Notes: generated from the sequence alone by a model not told the origin. DNA of 64,000 nt from Candidatus Bathyarchaeota archaeon (GCA_963815095.1 CAWFFH010000006.1:128001-192000); one strand, 5' to 3'; positions 29,750 to 40,565 are shown, numbered from the stretch's first letter. Made by a program: numbers and translations.

Positions 29750-30616
29750 GTGGCTGTTGGGCTTATCCAAACTTCAGTTTCCGAAAATGTCGCCAAGAAC
29801 ATGGAGAAAATCGTGGAAAAGATTGAGGAAGCAGCCAAAAAGGGTGCGAAAATTGTTTGTCTCCAAGAACTATACCGAACAAGATATTTTCCGCAAGAAG
29901 AAAACAAAGATGTTTCGGCTTTAGCTGAAGTGATTCCCGGAGAATCCACAAACATATTTTCCAAGTTGGCAAAAAAATATGGAGTAGTTATTATTGCACC
30001 ATTATTTGAGAAAGCTAAAAACGGCAAATTCTACAACACAGCCGTCGTAGTCGGTTCAAAGGGCGAAATCTTGGGTACTTATCGTAAAGCCCACATTCCC
30101 CAAGACCCTTATTTCTACGAAAAAGACTACTTCGCAGAAGGCGACACAGACTACAGTATTTTTGAAACAGAATTTGCCCGCATTGGCGTGCTCATATGTT
30201 ATGACCAATGGTTCCCTGAACCAGCCCGAATCAACGCGCTTGAAGGTGCAGAAATAATATTTTACCCAACAGCAATCGGCTACGTTAAAGGGCACACATC
30301 TGAGGACGGCGACTGGCATGATGCCTGGCGAACTGTTCAACGTGCCCACGCCATCGCAAATGGGATCCACGTTGCAGCAGTTAACCGTGTGGGGGAGGAA
30401 GGCGAGTTGGAGTTTTGGGGGGGCTCGTTTATCTGCGATTCTTTTGGCAAAGTTCTCGCTGAAGCAAGCTCTACAAAAGAAGAAGTTGTGGTTACATCCG
30501 TTGATTTGGGCAAGAATAAGAAAATTCAGGAAGGGTGGGGTTTTCTGAGGAATCGACGCCCGGATACCTATCAAAGACTCACCAAGGAAAAAAGAAAGGG
30601 TGCGGAAGATGAGTAG
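29750..30616 (+). CDS. aguB: Carbon-nitrogen hydrolase, N-carbamoylputrescine amidase
   Basis: Nitrilase triad CLQEL / YRKAHIP / ICYDQWFPE; YPTAIG; RNRRPDTY; adjacent to agmatine deiminase. Confidence 0.85.
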   Translation: MAVGLIQTSVSENVAKNMEKIVEKIEEAAKKGAKIVCLQELYRTRYFPQEENKDVSALAEVIPGESTNIFSKLAKKYGVVIIAPLFEKAKNGKFYNTAVVVGSKGEILGTYRKAHIPQDPYFYEKDYFAEGDTDYSIFETEFARIGVLICYDQWFPEPARINALEGAEIIFYPTAIGYVKGHTSEDGDWHDAWRTVQRAHAIANGIHVAAVNRVGEEGELEFWGGSFICDSFGKVLAEASSTKEEVVVTSVDLGKNKKIQEGWGFLRNRRPDTYQRLTKEKRKGAEDE

Positions 30617-31655
30617 TTCCGAGCGGAGTTGCCGTGAACAGGGTTTTTGTATGCCTGCAGAATGGGAAAAACATGATGCCATCTGGCTTGCGTGGCCCTA
30701 TGACCCAACCACTTTTCCAGAAAAAGTAGAGCGCGTGGAAGCTACTTATGTCCAAATTGTTAAGGAGATTCACGAAGGCGAAGAAGTAAACCTATTCGTC
30801 ATCGATGAGCCTACCAAACAAAAAGCAACAAGAATGTTTAAAGCTGCAAACATCAACATGGAGAAAATCCATTTTTACGTTTCCGACTACGCCGATGTAT
30901 GGTTTAGAGATTATGGACCAATATTTGTCAAGAACCAACATGAACTTGCGATGATTCATTGGGACTTTAACTCATGGGGAGAAAAATATGAAACTCTGCT
31001 AAAAGACAGGCAAATTCCCGATGTAATCAACCAAAAAATGTCTATGCGATGCTTTAAACCTGGCATAGTTTTGGAAGGTGGGTCTATAGATGTTAACGGA
31101 AAAGGAACCCTGCTTACGACAGCGCAGTGCCTTCTAAACAAGAACCGAAACCCCGACCTTGACAGGCAACAGATTGAAAAATACCTTTCTAACTATCTTG
31201 GCGTAAATCATTTTATCTGGTTGAAATGTGGAATCCTCGGTGACGACACAGACGGGCACATTGATGACTTAGCAAGATTCGTGAACCCGACCACAATCGT
31301 TTGCGCCTATCAAGATGACGAAAACGATGTCGATTACGATGCCCTCAAAGAAAACTTTGATATTCTCTGTCAAGCAGTTGATCAGGATGGCGAAAAACTC
31401 AAAATCGTAAAATTGCCCATGCCAAAAGTTGTCAGTGATGAAGATGAACGGCTTCCTGCGAGTTATACGAACTTTTACATTGGCAATCAAAAGGTGTTGG
31501 TGCCGATTTTTGACCATAAAAACGATGCCAAAGCCCTCGCAATTCTGCAAGAATTGTTTCCGACCAGAGAGGTGGTTGGGATCCGCTGCGTTGATTTAGT
31601 CTATGGGTTTGGCACGATACACTGCATATCTCAACAGCAGCCTTGCAGTGTCTAA
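30609..31655 (+). CDS. aguA: Agmatine deiminase
   Basis: MPAEW, WFRDYGP, LEGGSI, DDTDGHID, ASYTNF, GTIHCISQQQP. Confidence 0.92.
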   Translation: MSSSERSCREQGFCMPAEWEKHDAIWLAWPYDPTTFPEKVERVEATYVQIVKEIHEGEEVNLFVIDEPTKQKATRMFKAANINMEKIHFYVSDYADVWFRDYGPIFVKNQHELAMIHWDFNSWGEKYETLLKDRQIPDVINQKMSMRCFKPGIVLEGGSIDVNGKGTLLTTAQCLLNKNRNPDLDRQQIEKYLSNYLGVNHFIWLKCGILGDDTDGHIDDLARFVNPTTIVCAYQDDENDVDYDALKENFDILCQAVDQDGEKLKIVKLPMPKVVSDEDERLPASYTNFYIGNQKVLVPIFDHKNDAKALAILQELFPTREVVGIRCVDLVYGFGTIHCISQQQPCSV

Positions 31656-31761
31656 TCGTAAAACGTTACAATGCAGAGCCATTTTTTCTAGTTAAGTTTA
31701 AACCCTCGACTGGAATTATAGGTAAACCCCAAAGTTTGAGGAGTTCAGGAGAGATTAGGTA

Positions 31762-33978
31762 ATGGTTAATCAGCCTCCGCATCGTGCACGCGGCGTTAAG
31801 GTGCTAAAAGCCGTTTCGTCACCGTTGCGGCTACAAATCCTTAACCTACTCTTCGACAAAAGCGCCCTCTCCTACACTGAACTTATGAACCAACTTAAAA
31901 TGAACCCCAGCCGAGACGCAGGCAGATTCGCTTACCACCTAAAATTCCTGCTAAAAGCAGATCTGGTTGAGGCAGATGTCGAGGCAAAAAAATATTATCT
32001 CACTGACCTTGGCAAGATGGTGCTCGATGTTGCTGACCGGGTGGAGAAGAAGGCGGTTAAGCCAAGAGGAATGATGGTTCGTACGTCTCATCTGACGGTA
32101 GAAGAGTTTGACGCTAACAAAATTGCCAATTCACTAATTAAAGAGGCCAAAGTGCCTGCTGAATTGGCGCAGAAGGCAGCGAAGGAAGCTGAAAAGCGCC
32201 TTGTTAAATCGAAAACAAAGTATCTGACTGCTTCATTAATCAGGGAAGTTGTCAACGGAATTTTAGTTGAGAAGGGCTATGAAGATTACCGTAATAAACT
32301 CACCCGAGTTGGCATGCCAATCCATGAAGTAACCGCACTCATCGAAACCAAAGACGCCGCTCAAGATTGCGTAGCCACGATCAGTAAGGCAGGGCAAACC
32401 GTATTGGGCGAGTATACATTGCTAAACATTTTCCCACGGGACATCGCGGACGCTCACCTTTCAGGCGCCATTCACGTCGAAGGCTTAGGCACATGGGTAC
32501 TCAAACCAAACGAGGTAATCCACGACCTAAGATACTTCTTTCAACATGGCGTCAAACTCGACAATCCACTCCAAGTCGCCATGGACGCGCCCACCGATCT
32601 CAAATCCGCCTTATCTATTGCCTTTAATGTGCTTTTGCACGCTAGCAGAGAAACCAATCGAACTCAAACCTTCAACTACTTCAACGTGTTCCTCGCACCT
32701 TATGTGAGAGGCAATGAAGTTGCGAAAATTAGAGAAAACCTGCGTTTATTCATTCAAAACCTCAACCAGCACGCTGAGGCTACGCTGGGACTTGAGCTTG
32801 CTATTCCAAAGCTAATGGCCGAAAAAGAAGCAATCGGACCGCATGGCAAACCAAACGGCAAATACGGCGACTTTACCCAAGAAAGCCAACTAATAGCTTC
32901 TCTTACCGTCGACGTTTTCACTGAAGAAAGCGTCAGCAAGCCGCTGCTTAGTCCAAAGTTGGTTATAAAAATCAACATTGCTGCTTTGACCGATGAAAAC
33001 GCTAAGGCGATTCTGCTTAAAGCACATCAGTTAGCGGCAAAAAGTGGAATCCCATACTTTGCTAACATGACTAAAAAAGAAAACGAGAATGCAGCTTTTT
33101 CGTCTTCAGGCGTAAAATTCTCAGCTGATTTAACTGGCGACTGGGAAACCGACACCTTGCGCACGGGCGCTTTGGGCTGCGTAACGATTAATCTTCCCAG
33201 AATCGGGCTTGAATGCGATAAAGACAAAAACAAATTCTTTGATTTGATGCGGGAACGTTTTGAACTTGCAGCCCGAGCATTGGGGATAAAGAATAATGCG
33301 CTCAAGCAGTTTGGAAAAAATTCTCTGCCGTTTCTGCTCCAGAAAGCCGACCGCGACACCTACTTTCGATTGGAAAACTGCTCACGGCTAATTAATTTAG
33401 CTGGGTTCCGAGAAGCCATCGAAGCCTTCACTGAAAAAAGCGTTAACTCGGAAGAAAGCCGAAAATTCGCCGAAGAAACAATCATGAACCTTTTGGCGTT
33501 TAAACAGAAGATCGGAAGAAAATACGGCAAACGTCTCTACCCTGTCATCCTCGGCAGCGCGGAAGCCTCGGAGCGGCTGGCGCAGTTGGATGTTGAGCGG
33601 TATGGGGTTGCTAAAGTGAAGTTTTCGGGAACCAGAGACAAACCGTATTATTCCACTGCTAGACGGTTCCAAGTTAAAGCCGCTGAACTCCTCAGCATCC
33701 AAACTGAATTGCTTGAGACCGCGCAGAAGTGGAAGGGGTTGAATGCTGGCGGAAACCTAGCAATCATCGAACTTGAAGGCGCCGAATACAAACCCGAAAC
33801 CCTCATGAACCTGACAATGCGTCTAATGGAAAACCAATCCATCGAATTCTTCACCTATAACCGCTTAATCAGCTTCTGCGATAACTGCAAGAAAAACTGG
33901 TTCGGCACACTCCACAAATGCCCCAGCTGCGGCTCAATGAGCAACCTAACAACGTTTGACCGATTCACATCAACCTAA
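31762..33978 (+). CDS. ArsR-type winged HTH + ATP-cone + class III ribonucleotide reductase (NrdD)-fold protein lacking catalytic residues
   Basis: HTH (LRLQILNLL...LSYTELM...FAYHLKFL...YYLTDLG); ATP cone (EEFDANKI...LIREVV); NrdD landmarks (ADAHLSG.IH, VTINLPRI, PYYS, CDNC..CPSCGS); ends in DRFTST with no RxxGY. Confidence 0.8.
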   Translation: MVNQPPHRARGVKVLKAVSSPLRLQILNLLFDKSALSYTELMNQLKMNPSRDAGRFAYHLKFLLKADLVEADVEAKKYYLTDLGKMVLDVADRVEKKAVKPRGMMVRTSHLTVEEFDANKIANSLIKEAKVPAELAQKAAKEAEKRLVKSKTKYLTASLIREVVNGILVEKGYEDYRNKLTRVGMPIHEVTALIETKDAAQDCVATISKAGQTVLGEYTLLNIFPRDIADAHLSGAIHVEGLGTWVLKPNEVIHDLRYFFQHGVKLDNPLQVAMDAPTDLKSALSIAFNVLLHASRETNRTQTFNYFNVFLAPYVRGNEVAKIRENLRLFIQNLNQHAEATLGLELAIPKLMAEKEAIGPHGKPNGKYGDFTQESQLIASLTVDVFTEESVSKPLLSPKLVIKINIAALTDENAKAILLKAHQLAAKSGIPYFANMTKKENENAAFSSSGVKFSADLTGDWETDTLRTGALGCVTINLPRIGLECDKDKNKFFDLMRERFELAARALGIKNNALKQFGKNSLPFLLQKADRDTYFRLENCSRLINLAGFREAIEAFTEKSVNSEESRKFAEETIMNLLAFKQKIGRKYGKRLYPVILGSAEASERLAQLDVERYGVAKVKFSGTRDKPYYSTARRFQVKAAELLSIQTELLETAQKWKGLNAGGNLAIIELEGAEYKPETLMNLTMRLMENQSIEFFTYNRLISFCDNCKKNWFGTLHKCPSCGSMSNLTTFDRFTST

Positions 33979-35028
<1,050 letters not shown>

Positions 35029-35074
35029 TTAACCAGACCTGAGCAATAGTATTTTAAATTCAGGTAAACAAAAC

Positions 35075-35302
35075 TTGAAGGTGTTTTTGAAAATGGAAAG
35101 CGGAATGCAAACTTTAATGGAACAAATTTCTAAACGAGAAACAAACCACAAAGAAACTTTTAACTCACGCGCATACATGCCACGAATAAGCGAAATTAGG
35201 GCTCCTTGTCAATGGCTAAAGAATTGCTACGACGGAAAATGCCCTGCGTTTGTGCGGCAGAATGGGAATTTTTACTGCGCCAAAATTAAAGCGATAATTT
35301 AA
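35075..35302 (+). CDS. Small Cys-rich hypothetical protein
   Basis: C-x5-C-x4-C-x11-C in the C-terminal half; followed by a T-tract; divergent from pyrB. Confidence 0.45.
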   Translation: MKVFLKMESGMQTLMEQISKRETNHKETFNSRAYMPRISEIRAPCQWLKNCYDGKCPAFVRQNGNFYCAKIKAII

Positions 35303-35329
35303 TTTTTTTTCCTTTTTAAATTTATTAGT

Positions 35330-36241
35330 TTAATCTTTGAGAGCAGCTATTGCTCCTTTTATAACCGCCACTGATTTCGCAAAGCGTTCCCTGGTTTTCT
35401 CGGATAATTCTAGTTCAATTATTTTTTCAACTCCCTGCTTCCCCAGAACTACAGGTACACCGATGGACAGGTCCGAGGCTCCATATTCGGCGTCAAGACA
35501 AGTGGAAACGCTCATGACGCGGTTTCTTCCAGTTAAAATCGCGTCTGCCATTATTGCAATCACGGTGCCTGGAGCATAAATGGTGCTGCCTTTTAGTTGA
35601 ATTACGTCGGCGCCTGAAGTTATCGTTGAATTCACAATTTTGTCAATCTGCTCATTTGTAAGTAGACTTTTTATTGGTATGCCTGAAACTGAAGCATATT
35701 CATCAAGCGGCACCATCGAGTCGCCATGCTCACCAATCACTAACGCCCTCGTGTCTTCCCGTGAAACATCAAGTTCATTGGCAATGTATGTTCTAAAGCG
35801 CATGGAGTCTAAGATGTTGCCCATTCCAAAAAGACAGCAGCGGGGAAAACCTGTTTCCTTCGATGCAATGTAAGTCATGATGTCTACAGGGTTGGTTACC
35901 ATCATAAGTTTGCACTTAGGCGCGTACTTGACAATTTCTTTAACTATAGATTTTATGATTTGAGCGTTGGTGTTCATGAGGTCAAAACGTGTCATGTCGG
36001 GGCGTCTACCCAAACCAGCCGTCACAATCACCAGTTCTGAACCCTGCATTTCCCTAAAATCACTGGTTCCGCGAATTTTGCCATCAAACTCAATCGCGGG
36101 GGCCGCCTGCATCATATCTAACGCTTCGCCCTGTGCCGCCTTCTCATTAGTATCAATCAAAACTACATCACTTATTTTATATCGCAAAATATCAAAAGCA
36201 GCTTCACTGCCCACTTTACCAGCGCCAATAACAGTTATCAT
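35330..36241 (-). CDS. mdh: Malate dehydrogenase (LDH-like MDH)
   Basis: GAGKVG, GLGRRPDMTR (Arg specificity loop), VTNPVD, LDSMRF, GEHGDSM. Confidence 0.9.
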   Translation of the reverse strand: MITVIGAGKVGSEAAFDILRYKISDVVLIDTNEKAAQGEALDMMQAAPAIEFDGKIRGTSDFREMQGSELVIVTAGLGRRPDMTRFDLMNTNAQIIKSIVKEIVKYAPKCKLMMVTNPVDIMTYIASKETGFPRCCLFGMGNILDSMRFRTYIANELDVSREDTRALVIGEHGDSMVPLDEYASVSGIPIKSLLTNEQIDKIVNSTITSGADVIQLKGSTIYAPGTVIAIMADAILTGRNRVMSVSTCLDAEYGASDLSIGVPVVLGKQGVEKIIELELSEKTRERFAKSVAVIKGAIAALKD

Positions 36242-36329
36242 AGAAAAACCTACAATTAACTAAAGCCTCATGCGCTTAAAAAATATTCGCACTAAACTAA
36301 GTGAACATACTTATTTTGAAAAATCAGAA

Positions 36330-36779
36330 TTACCTAATAATTACAACTGAACAAGTCGCCAAATGAACTACTTTTTCACTTACAGCACCCAAAAAAATCT
36401 CCCTCATCCTGCCCTTCCCTCTATGCCCAACCACAACAACATCAAAACCGGCATCCTTCACCTCTGCAACAATCTCCAATGCAGGATCCCCCTCTCTCAA
36501 CTTCGAAGAAACTACCACATTAGGCTTAACCATTTTCGCATGTTCCACGGCTTTATTAAGAATTTCTTGATGGAAATTTTGCAAATCCTTAGCAAAAATC
36601 GCCATGCTATCTCCTGAAACCGTTGTTGGCTCCAAAGGAACCGCACCCATCGATGGCGACTCACTAACATTCAAAATCGTTACGGCAGCACCATATTTTT
36701 CTGCAAAGTCAAGGGCAAAATCTATAGCTCTATCCGAATTTTCCGATCCATCAACTGCAACCAAAACATTGCGAATCAA
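36330..36779 (-). CDS. Universal stress protein
   Basis: VLVAVDGSENS, GDPA, VVGHRG...FLGAVSEKVV. Confidence 0.93.
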   Translation of the reverse strand: MIRNVLVAVDGSENSDRAIDFALDFAEKYGAAVTILNVSESPSMGAVPLEPTTVSGDSMAIFAKDLQNFHQEILNKAVEHAKMVKPNVVVSSKLREGDPALEIVAEVKDAGFDVVVVGHRGKGRMREIFLGAVSEKVVHLATCSVVIIR

Positions 36780-36947
36780 ACAGATTGAACTCCGTAGGCA
36801 AATATGTTTTTAGAGACATTAAACTTTTCCTCAAAGAAACATTTAGAAACTATTTACCGTTTTTGGCACATTTCGCGACTAATTTTCCTTTAACAATATA
36901 AGGATAAAGCGTTATTTCATAACTGAGGAAGCGTTGGGGGTACATCA

Positions 36948-38567
36948 ATCAACAAGCATTTCAAAATCTTAGCATTAATACTCATCGCATTAACTCTTAT
37001 TCTTCCGTCCCTCAATCTTAATTTGCCTCCTGCAAAAGCAGCCGATGTTCAATCGTCTTGGACAACCATGACACCGATGCCTACTGCAAGAGGAGGATTT
37101 GGGGTAGCAGTTGTCAACGGAAAAATCTATGCAATCGGTGGCTTAACTGATGAAAATAATCCTTTAAGTACTGTTGAAGAGTTTAATCCTCAATCCGACG
37201 GGTGGACAAGCATGATGCCTATGCCAACGGCTAGAAGCGGTTTTGCCATTGCAGTTTACCAAAACAAGATTTATGTCGTAGGTGGAACTGTTGGCAATGG
37301 TTTTGTTGGAAACAACGAGGTATATGACCCAGTAAGCAACACTTGGGAAACAAAAGCTTCAATGCCTACTCCAAGAGCGGATTTATCTGCAAGCGTAGTT
37401 AATGATGAAATTTACCTCATCGGCGGAGAAAAATATTCAAGCACAACTCCATTCTACAATGTAACCAACATAAACGAAGTTTACGACCCAGTTAATGATA
37501 CTTGGATTACAAAAACGTCCATTCCGACATCCGTTCAAGGGTATGCGTCAGCAGTTCTGGATAACGAAATCTATTTCATGGGAGGTTCCCCGGAATCCAC
37601 ATCTCCGGTAATTGCTCATGTTACCAGTGCAAATCAGGTATATGACCCCGAGACTGATAGCTGGAGTTTAGCTTCTAATTTACCAAAAGCTAATAGCTAC
37701 GGAGCGGCGGCTGCAACAGAAGGGTACCTGGCTCCGCCAAGAATTTATTGTGTAGGCGGTTTTTCAGCTGGGAAATTTAGCGGACAAGTTCAAGCGTATA
37801 ACGCGGAGAACAATTCATGGAACATTGTAGACCCGATGCCTACTGCCCGAGCCTACTTGAGTGTGGCCGATGTGAATGATGTTTTGTATGCAATCGGTGG
37901 GTTTGATGGAACAAACTGGCTTAATGTAAATGAACAGTACAAGCCCGTTGGGTATGGAACTGTAGCGCCACAAGTACAAATTACCTCTCCTGAAAACAAA
38001 ACCTACAATGCGGTCTCATTGGCGTTTTCTGTTAATAGAGGAACGCAATGGATGGGTTATAGCTTAGATAATAAGGCAAACGTAACGATTACTTCTGGAT
38101 TCAACATTTTAGGTCTATCACAGGGAGTTCATAAAATAACGATCTTTGCTAATGACAGCCTTGGAAATATGGGTTCTTCGAACACTGTTTTCTTTTCGGT
38201 AGATACGACTCCACCAAACATTAAGGTAATAGTTCCCAAAAACCAATCTTATGGTGCAACTGACATTCAGTTAACATTTACCATAAATGAACCTGTATCT
38301 TTTTTGGCTTACAGTTTAGATGGTCAAGAAAAAGTAAAAATTAACGGAAACCTTACTTTGCCAGCGCTGTCCAATGGCCCTCACAGAGTAACGCTTTACG
38401 CAACTGACGAAGTTGGCAATTCAGCTGAGAAAACGGTTTTCTTTAATATTGCACCTTTCCCAACCGTTACTGTTGCTGCAGTAGCGGCTACAATAACGAT
38501 TGTTTTAGCTGCCGGATACCTGTTCTATAAGCGCAAAAAATCCAGCAGCATTAAAGAATCGCCATAA
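36948..38567 (+). CDS. Secreted Kelch-repeat beta-propeller protein with two Ig-like domains and a C-terminal membrane anchor
   Basis: Six MPTAR...IYxIGG...YDP..W repeats; YSLD Ig-like repeats; PFPT + TM + KRKK. An in-frame signal peptide extends to ATC 36948, upstream of the called TTG 37023. Confidence 0.85.
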   Translation: MNKHFKILALILIALTLILPSLNLNLPPAKAADVQSSWTTMTPMPTARGGFGVAVVNGKIYAIGGLTDENNPLSTVEEFNPQSDGWTSMMPMPTARSGFAIAVYQNKIYVVGGTVGNGFVGNNEVYDPVSNTWETKASMPTPRADLSASVVNDEIYLIGGEKYSSTTPFYNVTNINEVYDPVNDTWITKTSIPTSVQGYASAVLDNEIYFMGGSPESTSPVIAHVTSANQVYDPETDSWSLASNLPKANSYGAAAATEGYLAPPRIYCVGGFSAGKFSGQVQAYNAENNSWNIVDPMPTARAYLSVADVNDVLYAIGGFDGTNWLNVNEQYKPVGYGTVAPQVQITSPENKTYNAVSLAFSVNRGTQWMGYSLDNKANVTITSGFNILGLSQGVHKITIFANDSLGNMGSSNTVFFSVDTTPPNIKVIVPKNQSYGATDIQLTFTINEPVSFLAYSLDGQEKVKINGNLTLPALSNGPHRVTLYATDEVGNSAEKTVFFNIAPFPTVTVAAVAATITIVLAAGYLFYKRKKSSSIKESP

Positions 38568-38656
38568 AGAATTTGGATGAACATATTTCTCTATCTTTTT
38601 ATTCTTCAAAGGGGAAAATTTTAAGTAAACATTAACCAACGCATTCTTGAGGTTTC

Positions 38657-38914
38657 ATGCTAATGGGCTACGAAATTGATTACGCTGGGGGCGAACGGAT
38701 TGGTTGTTCCTCTGAAATAGTTATTGCGGACAGAATTTTCTATGTGAAACTGTTTTCGTCTGGGCCTTCAAGGTTTTTTTCGGGGGATCAGCAGGGCGTT
38801 ATCCAGAAGGAAATTTCGAAAGCTGAGTTTGAATTATGGATTAACATCTTGGCAGATAACGAAACCGATGTAAACATGATTCAGAAAAAGCTAAGTCTAG
38901 GCAAAAAGTATTAG
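38657..38914 (+). CDS. Hypothetical protein
   Basis: 85-aa ORF with an upstream GAGG RBS and a TATA-like ttttaagta. Confidence 0.65.
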   Translation: MLMGYEIDYAGGERIGCSSEIVIADRIFYVKLFSSGPSRFFSGDQQGVIQKEISKAEFELWINILADNETDVNMIQKKLSLGKKY

Positions 38915-38918
38915 CCGC

Positions 38919-39662
38919 TTAAATGTCTCGCCATCTTGTCTTTTTTATTGCTATAAACAATATGATGGCGCAGACAACCAGTAAGACTACCCAATCTAGG
39001 ATTATCATGTTGGTTGAGATTTTTAGGTAGCCAGTTGCTGAATGCATTATTTCGGCTGCGTACGTTGTTGGAGAAAGGTAGGCTAAATAATTGTAAGGTG
39101 TAGGCACGTAGGATATTGGATAATAAACCGGGGGCAAAGTGGCAAACAGTAATGAAAGCAGCCGTGAGAAAGCGTAACTCTGCACTACATCACTCGAAAA
39201 AGTTGATAACATAAATCCTATAGCTACTGAAATCGCGAACATTAAGAGTAAGACGATGGATAAGATGGCGATTTGCAGAAGCGATGGGTGCAGGTAGAAG
39301 CCGGCAAGCGCAATCAAAATGATTAGTGCTGGTAGCGAGTAAACGATTTCGGCTAGAGCCATGCCACCCATGTACATGCGGGAACTGGTTGGGGAACTCA
39401 CAATCATGTCCTGTAGCTTAAAGTCGTTTTTTAAGTGGGAGAGGTCGGATTGGAGGGCTATGCCGCTTGAGAAGAAAACCATGATTAATCCGCCTTCTAT
39501 GGCGGCTCCAAAAAGTGTGCCATTGCTAACAAAAGTAATGACAAATAGCATTGACAGGGGAGCAATCACGCTGCTAATCAGCACTATGGGGTAATTCTTC
39601 ATTTCGTATATGGCGTTTACGAGAACTCCAGCGAGAATTTGGCTGAGTTTACTGCGTTTCAG
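38919..39662 (-). CDS. ABC-2 type transporter permease
   Basis: Six TM helices, PPVYYP, SPTTY; frame open upstream to CTG 39662, directly after the ATPase stop. Confidence 0.85.
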   Translation of the reverse strand: MKRSKLSQILAGVLVNAIYEMKNYPIVLISSVIAPLSMLFVITFVSNGTLFGAAIEGGLIMVFFSSGIALQSDLSHLKNDFKLQDMIVSSPTSSRMYMGGMALAEIVYSLPALIILIALAGFYLHPSLLQIAILSIVLLLMFAISVAIGFMLSTFSSDVVQSYAFSRLLSLLFATLPPVYYPISYVPTPYNYLAYLSPTTYAAEIMHSATGYLKISTNMIILDWVVLLVVCAIILFIAIKKTRWRDI

Positions 39663-40565
39663 TTATTCATCCCTCGCTTTTTGTCCAACAATACTGAAGA
39701 AGATATCATCCAAAGTAACTGGAGTAATTGAGAACTTTACCTCTTGCTCAGCAAACACCTTTGCCAAACGGAAAGCTTCAGCTTCGTTAGTCATTATCTG
39801 CGTGTATCCACTATTGCTAACCGTTACTTCGCCGTCAATTATAGCTGGCACCTGTACTTTTGGTGGTATTTGTATGCTATACTGAAATCGTGAGCTTTGT
39901 CTTAGATCTGAGAGAGAACCAATGCATACTAGTTTTCCTTCATTGAGGATTCCAATTTGGTCAGCAAGCTGTTCTGCTTCTTCAAGATAATGTGTAGTGA
40001 GAAAGATGAAGCGGTTTTTTCCAAGTTCCCTAAGAATATCCCAAAGTTCCCTTCGTGAAATGGGGTCTAAGCCAGTTGTGGGTTCATCAAGAAATATTAT
40101 TTCTGCTTCCGAAGCGGTAACTGTTGCGATAAGGACTTTTCTTTTTGTGCCGCCGGAAAGATTACTGTTCAATGTGTTGGCATATGATTCTAAACTGAGT
40201 TTTTTTAGCGATTCTACAGCTAGCTGGTTTGCTTGTTTGTAGGGGTAGCCTCGCCAAAGAAGATAGGACATTACGGTTTGTTTTGGTGTCATCCACCTTA
40301 TTGCTCGGGCTTCTTGAGGAACAATTGCGATTTTTTCTCTCAGTTTGTCAGCGTGGGAAATTATGTCGATACCGTTTATGTTTGCTGTTCCAGAGGTGGG
40401 TTCAAGCTCCGTTGCGAGTATACGGATAAGTGTGGTTTTTCCTGCGCCGTTTCGTCCAATTAACGCGAATATGCCTTTAGTTTCCACTGAGAAACTTACG
40501 TTATCTAATGCTTTTCTTTGGTCTTTGTAAACCTTTGTTAGATTGTTGCATTCAAGCTTACCCAT
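39663..40565 (-). CDS. ABC transporter ATP-binding protein
   Basis: GRNGAGKTT, LSGG, FLDEPTTGLD, TTHYLEEAE. Confidence 0.95.
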   Translation of the reverse strand: MGKLECNNLTKVYKDQRKALDNVSFSVETKGIFALIGRNGAGKTTLIRILATELEPTSGTANINGIDIISHADKLREKIAIVPQEARAIRWMTPKQTVMSYLLWRGYPYKQANQLAVESLKKLSLESYANTLNSNLSGGTKRKVLIATVTASEAEIIFLDEPTTGLDPISRRELWDILRELGKNRFIFLTTHYLEEAEQLADQIGILNEGKLVCIGSLSDLRQSSRFQYSIQIPPKVQVPAIIDGEVTVSNSGYTQIMTNEAEAFRLAKVFAEQEVKFSITPVTLDDIFFSIVGQKARDE

